From Pirellulales bacterium (GTDB lineage Bacteria > Planctomycetota > Planctomycetia > Pirellulales > DATAWG01), in contig DATAWG010000076.1 of NCBI GenBank assembly GCA_036267355.1, positions 60,291-124,290 on the forward strand: a DNA stretch of 64,000 nt. Reading direction: 5' to 3'. The position numbers and the translations under genes are program-made. Under the pieces are notes generated by a model, which saw only the letters and a list, made by a program, of their open reading frames with translations, was not told the DNA's origin and ran no database searches. Positions within the stretch are counted from its first letter, which is position 1. Each line of letters opens with the position of its first letter. Of this stretch, positions 47,525-58,377 are shown piece after piece.

Positions 47525-48421
47525 TCAAGCCGCCTCTGTCGCCAGTTGGCCGTCGGCATTCAGGGCGACGATGATGATCCCATGTCGCTCGGCCAGGGCG
47601 ATGCATCGCGGCTCGTCGATAAGGATGGTTCGCCCAGCTTCGACGGCCAGCAGTTTCGCTCCCGCGGCGGCCATGGTCTCGAGGGTGTCGGGCCCGATCG
47701 TGGGAACATCGAACCGCATGTCTTGTTGCGGTTTGGCGACCTTTACGACGGTGAATCCGCCCGTCGGACAAAGCGATCCGGCGCGGCGGATGCATTCGTC
47801 GGTCCCCTCGATCGCTTCGAGCGCCAGGGGCGACCGGTTCTTGACGGCGACGCTCTGACCAATGTCGAGCCGACCGAGTTCTTTCGCCAATCGCCAACCG
47901 AATTCAATGTCTTGCCGCTGGGCCGCCGAGGGTCCGCGGCGAGTCAATTGTCCGTATTTCACGAGGAGCTCCGGTGCATAGTCGGTGGCCGGCGCCAAAC
48001 GGATTCCCGCGCGCGCCAAGCCGTCGGCGATTGCGCGCAACAGGGTGTCGTCGCGGCGATCCTTGTGGCGTGCGATGAAAATAGGCCAAAGCATGCGAAC
48101 CGTTTGCCAGTCGGGCCAATATTTCCGCCATGCCCCTTTTTGGAACAGCCGGACCTTATGGACTTTGCCGACGAAGGTCGCCTCGCGCACGCCCGTTCGC
48201 TGCATGAAGCGGATCGCTTTGCCCATCCGCGCCAAGCCGACCCAGGTGAATTCGTCGCACAGATCCGCCAGCGATGGATCGGCATGCTCGGTGATTCCCA
48301 ATCCGACAACCGTAAATCCTTCGCGACGAAGCGCCGTGGCCACGACGGCCGGATAGTCTCCCCACCCGGCCACCAGCCCGATCTTCACGCGATTCGTCAT
48401 GGACATGGCAGCGATTTTCAT
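47525..48421 (-). CDS. lpxI: UDP-2,3-diacylglucosamine pyrophosphatase LpxI (DUF1009)
   Basis: IGLVAGWGDYP N-terminus, GQSVAVKNRSPLALEAIEGTDECIRRAG, FDVPTIGPDTLE. Adjacent to lpxD. Start could be an internal ATG a few codons downstream. Confidence 0.8.
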   Translation of the reverse strand: MKIAAMSMTNRVKIGLVAGWGDYPAVVATALRREGFTVVGLGITEHADPSLADLCDEFTWVGLARMGKAIRFMQRTGVREATFVGKVHKVRLFQKGAWRKYWPDWQTVRMLWPIFIARHKDRRDDTLLRAIADGLARAGIRLAPATDYAPELLVKYGQLTRRGPSAAQRQDIEFGWRLAKELGRLDIGQSVAVKNRSPLALEAIEGTDECIRRAGSLCPTGGFTVVKVAKPQQDMRFDVPTIGPDTLETMAAAGAKLLAVEAGRTILIDEPRCIALAERHGIIIVALNADGQLATEAA

Positions 48422-48569
48422 GCGCGCGGGGGGTCGGCTTATCTAACCTTCGTGCGACCGTGTAAGTCGCCGAGGTGCCACGGCTGGCTTGTCCCGGCTT
48501 GTTCAGCACCGTGGCCCGGCTCGCAGCGCACACTGCTCGGCGAGCCAGCACGGGCGCCCCGCGATTTTT

Positions 48570-49649
48570 TTAGGCTGCGGCTTGGCTTCCGCCGCGCGGT
48601 TCGCTTTCGTGCGGTTCCGCCGCCGCCAACAATGTTTCGACTTGCCGGTGCAATTCCTTGATCTGTTGCCGCATCTCCGGCAGCCGGCTGAGATGCGCGA
48701 ATTGCACTTTTTGCTGCCGCAGCGGCACCGCCGGCGCACCGAGCATTTGTGCTCCATCCGGCACGTCGTTGACCACTCCCGACTGCGCCCCGAGCACCGC
48801 GCCGGCGCCGATATGCACATGGTCGCGCACGCCGACCTGCCCCGCCATTACGACATAATCGCCCGTGGTCGTGCTTCCGGCGATTCCGACTTGCGAGCAG
48901 ATCATATTGTGCCGCCCGATGCGGCAGTTGTGGGCGATCATCACTTGGTTGTCGATCTTCGTGCCGTCGCCGATGGTCGTGGCCGAGTAGGTGCCGCGAT
49001 CGATCGTGGTGCCGGCTCCGATTTCGACATCGCAGCCGATCTCGACGTTTCCCAATTGGGCCGACAGGTGATATTGCCCGCCGGTCATTTTGTAACCGAA
49101 GCCATACGCACCAAGCACCGCCGCGGCATGGATCACCGAGCGAGCGCCGACCACCGTGTTTTCATAGAGCACCGCGTTCGGATAGATGGTCACACCGCTG
49201 CCGATCTTCGAGCCGGCCCCGACATACACGCCCGCATGAATTGTCGAATGGGGGCCGATCCGCGCGTCGTCGGCCACGGTCGCACCGGGATGCACATCGA
49301 CATCTCCCGCCAGTTGCGCGGTCGGGCTGACGTGCGCAAAAGGGCTAATGCCAAGCCGCGCCGCGATCCGCACCGGCCGAAAATGGGCCACGATCGTGCC
49401 GAACGCTTGATGCACGTCCGCCACCTGGATCGCTGCCGGATGGTCCGGCGAAAAGCCCTCGGGCACCACGACCGCGCCGGCCCGGCTGCGGGCGAGCCGA
49501 TGCGCTTTTTCGGGATTGTCTAAGAGCGTGATATCGTTCGGCCCGGCATCGGCGAGCGTTGCCGCGCCGGCGATCGGCGTCTCCGCCGAAGCTGGCTGAA
49601 GGAGCCGCCCGCCGACCAACTCTGCTAGCATCGCCAGATTCGTCGCCAT
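48570..49649 (-). CDS. lpxD: UDP-3-O-acylglucosamine N-acyltransferase LpxD
   Basis: MATNLAMLAELVGGRL N-terminus and a long run of hexapeptide repeats (left-handed beta-helix). The upstream 81 codons of the track ORF are rejected. Confidence 0.9.
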   Translation of the reverse strand: MATNLAMLAELVGGRLLQPASAETPIAGAATLADAGPNDITLLDNPEKAHRLARSRAGAVVVPEGFSPDHPAAIQVADVHQAFGTIVAHFRPVRIAARLGISPFAHVSPTAQLAGDVDVHPGATVADDARIGPHSTIHAGVYVGAGSKIGSGVTIYPNAVLYENTVVGARSVIHAAAVLGAYGFGYKMTGGQYHLSAQLGNVEIGCDVEIGAGTTIDRGTYSATTIGDGTKIDNQVMIAHNCRIGRHNMICSQVGIAGSTTTGDYVVMAGQVGVRDHVHIGAGAVLGAQSGVVNDVPDGAQMLGAPAVPLRQQKVQFAHLSRLPEMRQQIKELHRQVETLLAAAEPHESEPRGGSQAAA

Positions 49650-50017
49650 TCGATCTCCCGTTGCGGTCGTCGTGCGAGCAAGGTGTATAGCAAGGGGATT
49701 TTTGCAATCTCCCGATTGAAAAGCCGCGGCATGGTAGCGAGGGGCCGAAAATCGGGCAAGGGAGGTTGGGTCAGGCAACGGTGAGGGTCGCGGGGTTCGG
49801 GAACGCGCAAGCGGATATCGACGTGTTACGTGGAGTCTGTAGCTCGCTTGCGGTTTCGCCCGTCGGCGATGCGACGTACTGTTCTCGGCCAATTATTTGA
49901 CATCCGCTCCCCACACCGCTCCAATGGCGGGCGACATCTCCTCTTGCTGTGTCGATTTAGTTCTCGCACCTCGCGCCGACCCATCGACAGTTTCAACGCC
50001 GCTCCGGGGGAAGAATC

Positions 50018-51400
50018 ATGTGCAGGATCCGTGGAACTAAAGTTCGCCGCGATCTGTTTGGGCTGATGGTTGTGCTCCTGGCCGCTTGGGGCGCAGAGGG
50101 GTTGCTGGCGCGATCGGCGGCGCTTGCGCAAGCACCGGCCCCACCGCAAGCCGCGCCGGACGATTCACCAATCGCCCGCCCGGAAAGTTCCCAGACGGAT
50201 CCATTTGGAGAAGACGCTCCGGACGAAAATGCGCCCAAGGCGAAGGACAACGAGATAACGCCTCCGCCGATGGCGCCGGAGATCGGCTTGCCGGCGATCA
50301 AGGAGGAAGGGACATACGCCTGCCGCTCGCCAAAACACCGCCGCGAGCTTCTCAAGCAATTCGGCGGCACAAGGGCGACCGAGCGTGCCGCCGCCGCTGC
50401 GCTGTATTGGTTGGCGAAGCACCAAATGCCCGACGGCAGTTGGAGCCTGGAAAAATTCCAGAAAATGTGTACCGATAAATCGTGCACCGGTGTCGGCAGC
50501 ATCGAGTCGCTCTCCGCCGCCACCGGGCTGGGCCTGCTGCCGTTTCTTGCCGCCGGTCAGACCCAGGCCACGAATGGACCGTTCCAACGCAAGGTGGCAG
50601 CGGGCGTCTATTGGCTGCTGAACCATCAAAAAAGAGACGGCGATCTCTCGGCCGACGCTGCGTCGCAGATGTATTCCCACGCGATTGCCACGATCGCGCT
50701 GTGCGAAGATTATGGAATGACGAAAGACAAGCCGGTCGGCGTGGCCGCCCAGATGGCCGTCAATTTCATCGTCGCCGCGCAAAACCAGAAAACCGGCGGA
50801 TGGCGCTACCATCCGGGCGAGGAAGGCGATACCTCCGTCCTCGGTTGGCAGATGCAGGCGCTGCACGCCGCCCAAGAGGCCGGTCTTACGGTGAAACCGG
50901 CAGCCCTCGATGGCGCCAAAAACTTTCTCGCCTCCTGCCAACCCGCGGAACACGTTGGATGGTTTTGCTATCAGCCCGAAGCAGGCGCGACGCCGCCGAT
51001 GACGGCCGTCGGTCTTCTCGCAAGCCAAGACTTGAAGATGGACCGAACCGATCCGGTGATTTTGGGTGGCAGCGCGCTTCTGTTGGCGAACCAGCCGCAA
51101 GCCGAGAACCGCAACATCTACTATTGGTATTACGCCACGCAGGCGCTCCACAACCTGGCCGGCAAGGAATCGGAATTTACAAGCAACAAGAATTGGGACA
51201 CTTGGAACCGCAAGATTCGCAAGCTTTTGGTCGAGACTCAAGCTCGCGAAGGCTGCGCCGCCGGAAGCTGGGATCCGGACAAGCCAAACAAGGATGCCTG
51301 GGGCCCCTACGGCGGCCGCATCATGCAGACCAGCCTGAGCTGTTTGACGCTCGAAATCTACTATCGCCATCTTCCGGCCGCGCTCCCGGAAAAGCCGTGA
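50018..51400 (+). CDS. Prenyltransferase/squalene-oxidase-repeat (alpha/alpha-toroid) secreted protein
   Basis: Signal peptide, then repeated QW-like motifs (LAKHQMPDGSW, LLNHQKRDGD, AAQNQKTGGWRY). Confidence 0.7.
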   Translation: MCRIRGTKVRRDLFGLMVVLLAAWGAEGLLARSAALAQAPAPPQAAPDDSPIARPESSQTDPFGEDAPDENAPKAKDNEITPPPMAPEIGLPAIKEEGTYACRSPKHRRELLKQFGGTRATERAAAAALYWLAKHQMPDGSWSLEKFQKMCTDKSCTGVGSIESLSAATGLGLLPFLAAGQTQATNGPFQRKVAAGVYWLLNHQKRDGDLSADAASQMYSHAIATIALCEDYGMTKDKPVGVAAQMAVNFIVAAQNQKTGGWRYHPGEEGDTSVLGWQMQALHAAQEAGLTVKPAALDGAKNFLASCQPAEHVGWFCYQPEAGATPPMTAVGLLASQDLKMDRTDPVILGGSALLLANQPQAENRNIYYWYYATQALHNLAGKESEFTSNKNWDTWNRKIRKLLVETQAREGCAAGSWDPDKPNKDAWGPYGGRIMQTSLSCLTLEIYYRHLPAALPEKP

Positions 51401-51641
51401 CGCCGGGAAGTCGTCCGGCGACAACTGAATTTGGTCGAGCCACAATGCATAACCCGAAATTTGCGTCCAGCCGGACGGATTGTTACTCTGGAATCTTCGT
51501 CCGAGCTTAGCCCACCTCGATTGCCCGCTGTAGTTCCCCGCCGAGCGAGATTTGAATCTCGCTATTTTCCCGCCCCGCTTCCATCGGATGCGTCGCATTT
51601 TCAGTTGCGCCGCATCCACCCGCCACTGATTGGAGTCAGCG

Positions 51642-53336
51642 ATGCGCATTGCTTTTCTTGTTGCTTGGGGATGCTGGCTGGCCTGCGGCGCCGCGATGCC
51701 TTCGATGGCCGCCGAAAATACGCCTCGGCTTGATCGTCCGCAGCAAGTTTCGCAGAGGCACGATTCGCCGCAGCAAGATTCGCAGAAGCACGATTGGCCG
51801 CAGCATGATTGGCCGCAGTGGGGCGGAACGCTCGATCGCAACATGGTGTCCGACGCCAAAAATTTGCCCATCCGCTTCGATCCTTCGCCGAACGCCGATC
51901 CGAAAACAAGCGGCATCAAATGGTCGGTCAAGCTCGGCTCGCACAGCTATGGCAATCCGGTCATTTCCGGCGGTAAGGTGTTCGTCGGCACCAACAACGC
52001 CTCGCCGCGCGATCCTAAATACTCCGGCGACCGAAACGTGCTGATGTGCTTCAACGAAGCCGACGGCAAGTTTCTGTGGCAACTGGTCGTCTCAAAAGTG
52101 CAGGGCGAAGCTGATTACCACGAGTTGGGAATCTGCTCGTCGCCGACCATCAATGGCCGCCGCGTCTACACCGTCACCAGCCATTGCGAAATTCTTTGCC
52201 TCGACGCCAACGGCCTCTACGACGGCAACGACGGTCCGTTTGTCGACGAGGCCCAATATCTGGCCAAGCCGATCGAGCACACGCTTTCCATCGGCCCCAA
52301 TGGGCCGATTCGCAAGCTTGTTCTGGCCCCGCCGGTGAAGCTCGGCCCGACCGATGCCGACATCCTGTGGCGATACGATTTGCTTACCGGGCAAAAAGTC
52401 TGGCCCCACGATGCAACGAGTTGCTCGAGCCTCGTCTACGGCGATCTGGTCTACTTCGGCACCTGCAACGCCAAAACGCAGCATAAATATGTCCCCTATC
52501 CAAAGGCCCGGTCGCTGATCGCACTCAACAAACTCACCGGGCAACTCGTCGCTGTTGACGATGCCGATATCGGCAAGGGCATTTTTCACGGCTCGTGGTC
52601 GAGCCCTTCGCTGGGCATGGTGAATGGCCGGCCGCTGATCTTCTACGGCGGCGGCGACGGACGCTGCTATGCCTTCGATCCCAAGCCGGTTCCCAATCCC
52701 GATCCGTCGAAGCCGGCCATTTTGAAAAACGTGTGGGTCTGCGATTGCAACCCGCCCGACTATCGCGTGAAAGACGGCCGGCCGATCGTGTATCGCAACC
52801 GCAAGGGCCCCAGCGAAGTGATCGGCACTCCGGTGTCGTACAACAATCGCGTGTATGTCACGGTCGGCCAAGATCCGCTGCATGGCTCGGGCGTGGGCTG
52901 CGTCACTTGCATCGACGCCACGCTCAAGGGCGACATTTCCGCGTCGGGTCGAATCTGGCAATTCCGCGATATCGATCGCTCGCTCTCGACCGTGTCGATC
53001 GCCGATGGCTTGCTGTACGTGGGCGATTTCAGCGGCGTCGTGCATTGCCTCGATCTTGAAACCGGCCGGCAACTTTGGAAACACGAAACCGAGTCGTACA
53101 TGTGGGGCTCGACGCTGGTGGCCGATGGCAAAGTTTACTTCGGCGACAAGACCGGCACGCTTTGGATCCTGAAGGCCGGCCGGGAAAAACAAGTGCTCAA
53201 CCAAATCAAGTTCTCCGCCCCATTCTGCCAGACTCCGGTCGTCGCCAACGGCGTGCTCTATATCTGCACCGAAGAGCGACTGTACGCGATCCCCACCGGC
53301 GCCGCGGCCGAAAATCCCAAACCGCGGAGCAAATGA
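51642..53336 (+). CDS. PQQ-like beta-propeller repeat protein
   Basis: Signal peptide, then WPQWGG...DRNMVS, then repeated G.VYVG / GK.LW blades. Short DSPQQ/DWPQH N-terminal repeats. Confidence 0.8.
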   Translation: MRIAFLVAWGCWLACGAAMPSMAAENTPRLDRPQQVSQRHDSPQQDSQKHDWPQHDWPQWGGTLDRNMVSDAKNLPIRFDPSPNADPKTSGIKWSVKLGSHSYGNPVISGGKVFVGTNNASPRDPKYSGDRNVLMCFNEADGKFLWQLVVSKVQGEADYHELGICSSPTINGRRVYTVTSHCEILCLDANGLYDGNDGPFVDEAQYLAKPIEHTLSIGPNGPIRKLVLAPPVKLGPTDADILWRYDLLTGQKVWPHDATSCSSLVYGDLVYFGTCNAKTQHKYVPYPKARSLIALNKLTGQLVAVDDADIGKGIFHGSWSSPSLGMVNGRPLIFYGGGDGRCYAFDPKPVPNPDPSKPAILKNVWVCDCNPPDYRVKDGRPIVYRNRKGPSEVIGTPVSYNNRVYVTVGQDPLHGSGVGCVTCIDATLKGDISASGRIWQFRDIDRSLSTVSIADGLLYVGDFSGVVHCLDLETGRQLWKHETESYMWGSTLVADGKVYFGDKTGTLWILKAGREKQVLNQIKFSAPFCQTPVVANGVLYICTEERLYAIPTGAAAENPKPRSK

Positions 53337-53366
53337 TCCCCGAGCCCGCAGCGCTAGCAAGGAAGT

Positions 53367-53451
53367 GCGTGGGTGCCATGCCACTGCCCCGAGTGGGCAT
53401 GCGAACCGCCAATCTACGACATGCCCACGCAAAGCCGTGGGCATGGCACCC
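53367..53451. repeat. REP-like nested palindrome (GTGGGCATG / CATGCCCAC)
   Basis: The outer arms are GGGTGCCATGCCAC (53371-53384) and GTGGGCATGGCACCC (53437-53451). The inner arms are GTGGGCATG (53393-53401) and CATGCCCAC (53420-53428). Intergenic. Confidence 0.6.
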
Positions 53452-53473
53452 CAGAAGGTAAATTTTGATCTCT

Positions 53474-54667
53474 ATGTCTCGGATACGTTTGGTCGCCGCA
53501 CTCGCCGGCGCGATTTGCCTCTCGCTCCCCGCCGTGGTGTCGGCCCATCCGCTGACGGAAAACGCGGCGGACGTCGTCGTCGGCCCGGATCGGATCACGA
53601 TCGATGCCCGGATCTCGTCGGAAGAAATCGTGCTCGTTGAAAGCGAGGTGGGCCGGACTTCGACCGATGCGGAATGGCAAGCCGCTGTCGAGCGGCATGC
53701 CAAATACGTCGAGCGGCATTTTCATGTGCGCGTCGATGGCCGGGAAGTGCCCGGAACCGCCGAGTTTGCCGCGAAGCCGATTGGCGGCGATTCCGCGAGC
53801 GATTCGAGCGACGACCCGGCGCAGCAGCCGATGGTGCCCTACCGCTGGACATGTTCGCTTCCCACCGCTCCGAAGTCGGTCGAGATCGGGCAGGATTTTC
53901 TCCGCGAGTTCCCGCGCTGGCATGCCACGGTTTCGCTCCGCACGCGCCGCGTCGACCAATCGGATTTCGAGCTATCGCTTTTGCAGCGCGGCCAAACGGC
54001 GCGAATTGCCTGCGAATGGTCGCCTGGCGCCGCGCCGGTTTCCGCCGCGTCGGTTCGCACGGATGTCGACGTTTTCGCGACATTCCGGGCCTATGCCGCG
54101 CATGGCATCGAACACATTCTCACCGGCTACGACCATTTGCTCTTCATCACCGCGCTCGTGCTCGCGGCGGGATCGTTGTGGGACTTGATCAAGGTCGTTT
54201 CGGCGTTCACGCTCGCCCACACGCTGACGCTCACGCTCTCGGTGTTCAACATCGTCGCCCTGCGGTCGTCGATCGTCGAGCCGATGATCGCGGCGAGCAT
54301 CGTGTTCGTGGCGGTGCAGAATATGTTTTGGCCGGAGCGCAGTTCCGGCTGGGCCCGGCTGGCAATCGCATTCAGCTTCGGACTGTTTCACGGTCTGGGC
54401 TTCGCCGGCGGATTGAAAGACGCGCTGGTCGGAATGCCGAACATCGCACTTTGGCTGGCGCTGATCGCGTTCAGCCTGGGAGTCGAGATCGGGCACCAAC
54501 TCGTGGTGATACCGATGTATTCATTGCTGTGGGGAGTTCGAAATGCGCGCACCCTCGAGCCGCGCACGGTGCTGCAGACACGAATCCTGAAATTCGGCTC
54601 CGCGGGGATTACCCTGGCGGGAATTTATTTTCTTGTCGTAGCGATTTGCGGAATACAAACGTACTGA
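53474..54667 (+). CDS. HupE/UreJ-family membrane protein with N-terminal periplasmic domain
   Basis: Signal peptide ...VVSAHPL. GIEHILTGYDHLLFITALVL followed by about 5 more hydrophobic helices. Confidence 0.75.
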   Translation: MSRIRLVAALAGAICLSLPAVVSAHPLTENAADVVVGPDRITIDARISSEEIVLVESEVGRTSTDAEWQAAVERHAKYVERHFHVRVDGREVPGTAEFAAKPIGGDSASDSSDDPAQQPMVPYRWTCSLPTAPKSVEIGQDFLREFPRWHATVSLRTRRVDQSDFELSLLQRGQTARIACEWSPGAAPVSAASVRTDVDVFATFRAYAAHGIEHILTGYDHLLFITALVLAAGSLWDLIKVVSAFTLAHTLTLTLSVFNIVALRSSIVEPMIAASIVFVAVQNMFWPERSSGWARLAIAFSFGLFHGLGFAGGLKDALVGMPNIALWLALIAFSLGVEIGHQLVVIPMYSLLWGVRNARTLEPRTVLQTRILKFGSAGITLAGIYFLVVAICGIQTY

Positions 54668-54699
54668 TCCTTGGAAGCCGAGCGGAAAGGCAAGCGACA

Positions 54700-56181
54700 A
54701 TGAGCATCCACGATGAAAACCTATCCACGAAGGGCGAAGCGGCACGGCTGACGCGGCGGCGGCTGCTGGGCTCGATCGCGGCCGGCGGGGCCGTGGCGGC
54801 GGCTTCGGCGCTGTTGCCGCCGAATGTGCGGCGGGCCCTGGCCGAGCCGGCCCCGAAGAAGGCATCGCTCCGCGATATCAAGCATCTCGTGCTGCTGATG
54901 CAGGAGAACCGTTCGTTCGATCACTATTTCGGCACGCTCGCCGGCGTGCGCGGCTTCGAGGATCCGGATGTCCTTAAGTTACCCAATGGCAAGACTGTGT
55001 TTCATCAGCCCGACGCCGAGCATCCCAACGGTTATCTGATGCCGTTTCATCTCGACACGCGCAAGACCAACGCGCAAAAACTTCCCTCGACCAGCCACGC
55101 CTGGGAAGTGCAACACCATGCCTGGAACGGTGGAAAGATGGACAGTTGGTTGTCGGCCCATCGCCAGGCCGACGGCGACAAGGCGCCGTATGTAATGGGC
55201 TATCACACGCGCGACGACATTCCATTTCAATTCGCGCTCGCCGAGGCGTTCACCATCTGCGATGCGTATCACTGCTCCGTGATGGGCCCGACCTGGCCGA
55301 ACCGCATGTTTTGGATGACCGGCACGATCGATCCGGAGGGAAAAGGGGGCGGCCCGTTGACCAGCAATCGCGTCATTCCCAAGGGATTCCGCTGGCCAAC
55401 CTATGCCGAGCGATTGGAAACAGCGGGAGTGAGTTGGAAGGTCTACCAGCAGCACGACAACTATGGCTGCAACATGCTCGAGAATTTTCGCGCCTTTCGC
55501 GAAGCCCCCAAGCACTCCCCTTTATATCTCAAAGGGATGAAGCGCGAGCCGGACGGAACGTTCGAGCACGACGCGGTGAACGACAAGCTGCCGCAAGTCT
55601 CGTGGATCATTCCCACGGGCAGGGCATCGGAACATCCCGATTTCATGCCTGCGGCGGGCGCGGCGTTCGTCGCCAGCAAGATCGACGCCATCGCCGCGAA
55701 TCCGGAGGTGTGGGCCAAGACGGCGTTTGTGCTGAACTACGACGAAAACGACGGCATTTTCGACCATGTGCCGCCCCCGGTGCCGCCCGCCGGCACGCCC
55801 CAAGAATTCATCCGCGGATTGCCGATCGGCGGCGGATTCCGTGTGCCGTGCATCATCGTCTCGCCGTGGACCGCCGGCGGCTGGGTTTGCAGCCAGACGT
55901 TCGATCACACCTCGGTGTTGCAGTTGCTGGAGAAATTCACGGGCGTGGCCGAGCCAAACATTTCCGCATGGCGGCGGCACACCTTCGGCGATCTCACCGC
56001 GGCCTTCCGCTTCGAATCGGAGCGGTCCGCTCCGCCGAAACTGCCCGAGACCGCAACGGAGCTGCATCTGGCCGAGCACAACGCGGCCCATTTGCCGAAG
56101 CCGCCCGTCCCGAGCGGATTGCAGGCCCTCCCGAAGCAAGAAAAGGGTTCCCGCAAGCGGATTCAACACGGCGATCATTGA
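54700..56181 (+). CDS. Phospholipase C / acid-phosphatase (phosphoesterase) family protein, Tat-secreted
   Basis: Twin-arginine signal LTRRRLLGS. IKHLVLLMQENRSFDHYFGTLAGVRGF. 493 aa, so no C-terminal DUF756-type extension. Confidence 0.85.
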   Translation: MSIHDENLSTKGEAARLTRRRLLGSIAAGGAVAAASALLPPNVRRALAEPAPKKASLRDIKHLVLLMQENRSFDHYFGTLAGVRGFEDPDVLKLPNGKTVFHQPDAEHPNGYLMPFHLDTRKTNAQKLPSTSHAWEVQHHAWNGGKMDSWLSAHRQADGDKAPYVMGYHTRDDIPFQFALAEAFTICDAYHCSVMGPTWPNRMFWMTGTIDPEGKGGGPLTSNRVIPKGFRWPTYAERLETAGVSWKVYQQHDNYGCNMLENFRAFREAPKHSPLYLKGMKREPDGTFEHDAVNDKLPQVSWIIPTGRASEHPDFMPAAGAAFVASKIDAIAANPEVWAKTAFVLNYDENDGIFDHVPPPVPPAGTPQEFIRGLPIGGGFRVPCIIVSPWTAGGWVCSQTFDHTSVLQLLEKFTGVAEPNISAWRRHTFGDLTAAFRFESERSAPPKLPETATELHLAEHNAAHLPKPPVPSGLQALPKQEKGSRKRIQHGDH

Positions 56182-56760
56182 ACCGCGAGTACGGCCGTCG
56201 CGTCGCGATCAACGCCTGCGCCGCCCACCGAGGGTTCGCCGCAATCGGCCGAACCAGATCCGCCCCGCCGATCGTCATCGATCGCTCTTATGAGTTGCCG
56301 ATGTTTTTCCGGCGAGCCGCATCACGACGGTTCCGCCAGTTGGCGCCCGCATGCTTCACAAGCGCCTGCTCGGCCGCGACGAATCCTCGGCCGGCGGCAG
56401 CGAGTCCGGAAGTCCCAGTTGAGCCAATCGTGTGAGACCTTTGCCGACCGCCCGTATGCCTTCGCAACAATACTGCTTCTGCTCGGATTAGTCAGCGTAC
56501 GTGTGGAACGCGTCTGCGGCACGGACCAGCAGCACCGGGGGCGTCGTCGGATCGAGCATGTAGGAATTGCAGCGCCGCAGAATCTCGGGCCACCGCTTCG
56601 AGCGATTCGAGCGGCTCCATCGAAAGCACGGCATGCGAGCCGTCGGAAAAAGCACGGCAGTCATCACCACACAACGAAAACGCGGCGGAACAAAACCATC
56701 GCAAAGCGTTCGGCCTTCAGGCCGAGAAGAGCGCGTCGCCGAGATGCTTCAACGGGCCGC

Positions 56761-57786
56761 TCAAGCCCGGAGCTGATCGCGCGCCAAAGATTCGTCGTCC
56801 GGCAGATCACGCTGGGCGATGAGGCGGGTGAGCGTATTGGGATGGATGCCCAGAAGCTTGGCGGCGCGGCCCTTGTGCCCACGCGTCGCGCCGAGAGCCT
56901 GGCGGACGGCTTCGTCGCGCAGCCGTGTCAAATTGAAAAATGGCAGCGATCCCGAGGCATGCGCGGCCGGACCGGAATTCGGCAGGCAGGGATTCGATTC
57001 CAGCACATACGACTGCTCGATCACGTGCGACAACTGCCGGATATTGCCCGGCCAATCGTATTCACAAAATTGGCGAAGCGTTTCCGGATCGGGGCGCCAC
57101 ACCGATCGATGGTATTTCGCCGCGTTTCGGGCCGAGAAGAACGCGATCAGTTCCGGAATGTCGTCCAAGCGTTGCCGTAGCGGCGGGACACGCAGTTCCA
57201 CCATGTTGAGCCGATAAAACAGATCCTCGCGAAAACGGCCGGCGAGCACTTCGGCCTCGAGGTCGCGATTCGTGGCGGCGATCACCTGCACGCTAATCGG
57301 CTCCGGATGTGCGGCGCCGACGGGGGTGACCTCGCGTTCTTGCAAGACACGGAGCAATTTCGGCTGCAGTTCGAGCGGCATTTCGCCGATCTCGTCGAGA
57401 AATGCAATTCCTCCCTCGGCAGCTCGAAACACGCCAAGCGAACTGCCCAAGGCGCCCGTGAACGCTCCGCGCTCGTGGCCGAACAGTTGGCTTTCGGCGA
57501 GCGAAGTCGTCAGGGCGGCACAATTGACAGGCACGAATGGCTTGTTCGCCCGTGGGCCGCCGCTATGGACGACGCGGGCCCAGATCTCTTTTCCGGTGCC
57601 CGTCTCGCCGGAGATCAGCACCGTGCACTCGACTTCGGCAGCCCGGCTGGCGTGCTGCGCTACCCGGCGGATCCCAGCATTACAACCGAGCACCCATTCG
57701 AGTTCGGGCTGACGACGCGTAGCCGGCGGTGCGGACTCGGCCCGCGCGCCCACCCCGTTCACCGATTCACCGAATAAATTCTTCAC
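56761..57786 (-). CDS. Sigma-54-dependent transcriptional activator lacking a sensory N-terminal domain (PspF/HrpS-like architecture)
   Basis: GETGTGKE Walker A, ERGAFTGA (GAFTGA loop), GGIAFLDEIGEM Walker B, C-terminal HTH (AAKLLGIHPNTLTRLI). Only about 30 aa precede the AAA+ core. GTG start. Confidence 0.9.
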   Translation of the reverse strand: MKNLFGESVNGVGARAESAPPATRRQPELEWVLGCNAGIRRVAQHASRAAEVECTVLISGETGTGKEIWARVVHSGGPRANKPFVPVNCAALTTSLAESQLFGHERGAFTGALGSSLGVFRAAEGGIAFLDEIGEMPLELQPKLLRVLQEREVTPVGAAHPEPISVQVIAATNRDLEAEVLAGRFREDLFYRLNMVELRVPPLRQRLDDIPELIAFFSARNAAKYHRSVWRPDPETLRQFCEYDWPGNIRQLSHVIEQSYVLESNPCLPNSGPAAHASGSLPFFNLTRLRDEAVRQALGATRGHKGRAAKLLGIHPNTLTRLIAQRDLPDDESLARDQLRA

Positions 57787-58069
57787 TTCGAAAAGTCCGC
57801 TGGCGAAGGCATTGTCCTAAGGAAGCGTCATAGAATTGCAACGGACATCGACATTTGCAGTTCACAGCACAAACCAACTTCACAGCCGACTTCAAAACGA
57901 CGCAAGTCGTCGATTAATGCAAAAATCTGTTCGGCGCGAACCACTCGCTCCAGCCCAGTTCGACAAGCGGGCAATCCACGGGCGGCTCGAGATTTGACGG
58001 CATGCCGGACGCAGCCAATCCAACTTCAACCGCCAAAGAAAGAGGCTCAGTCGTATCGACAACGGCGAA

Positions 58070-58240
58070 TCAACTGTAGCGCTTGTTGCGCCGGCGATGG
58101 ATGCCGTTGAAGCCCGCAGGACGTGATGTCCGGGCATGCTCCGGCCGCCGCGATCGCGGCCGCTCAACCGACTCCGGCTTGCGAACCTTAACTTGGTAGT
58201 CCAACTCTTGCTCGTTGTAATAATCATTTGCCGCGTTCAC
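58070..58240 (-). CDS. Small arginine-rich protein, NGIHRRRNKR C-terminal motif family (56 aa)
   Basis: GTG start preceded by AAGGGA. Translation: MNAANDYYNEQELDYQVKVRKPESVERPRSRRPEHARTSRPAGFNGIHRRRNKRYS. Confidence 0.6.
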   Translation of the reverse strand: MNAANDYYNEQELDYQVKVRKPESVERPRSRRPEHARTSRPAGFNGIHRRRNKRYS

Positions 58241-58377
58241 AGTATGTTCCCTTATTGATGAAGCGCCACCAAACTCTCTCCCCGACGACTCGATTTCCAA
58301 CCCGGCCAATGGCGCGCCTCATTCGTTCCACGACCAAAGTCGATCGGCTAACGCGCGCTTTCGGCGAACACCCTCTT

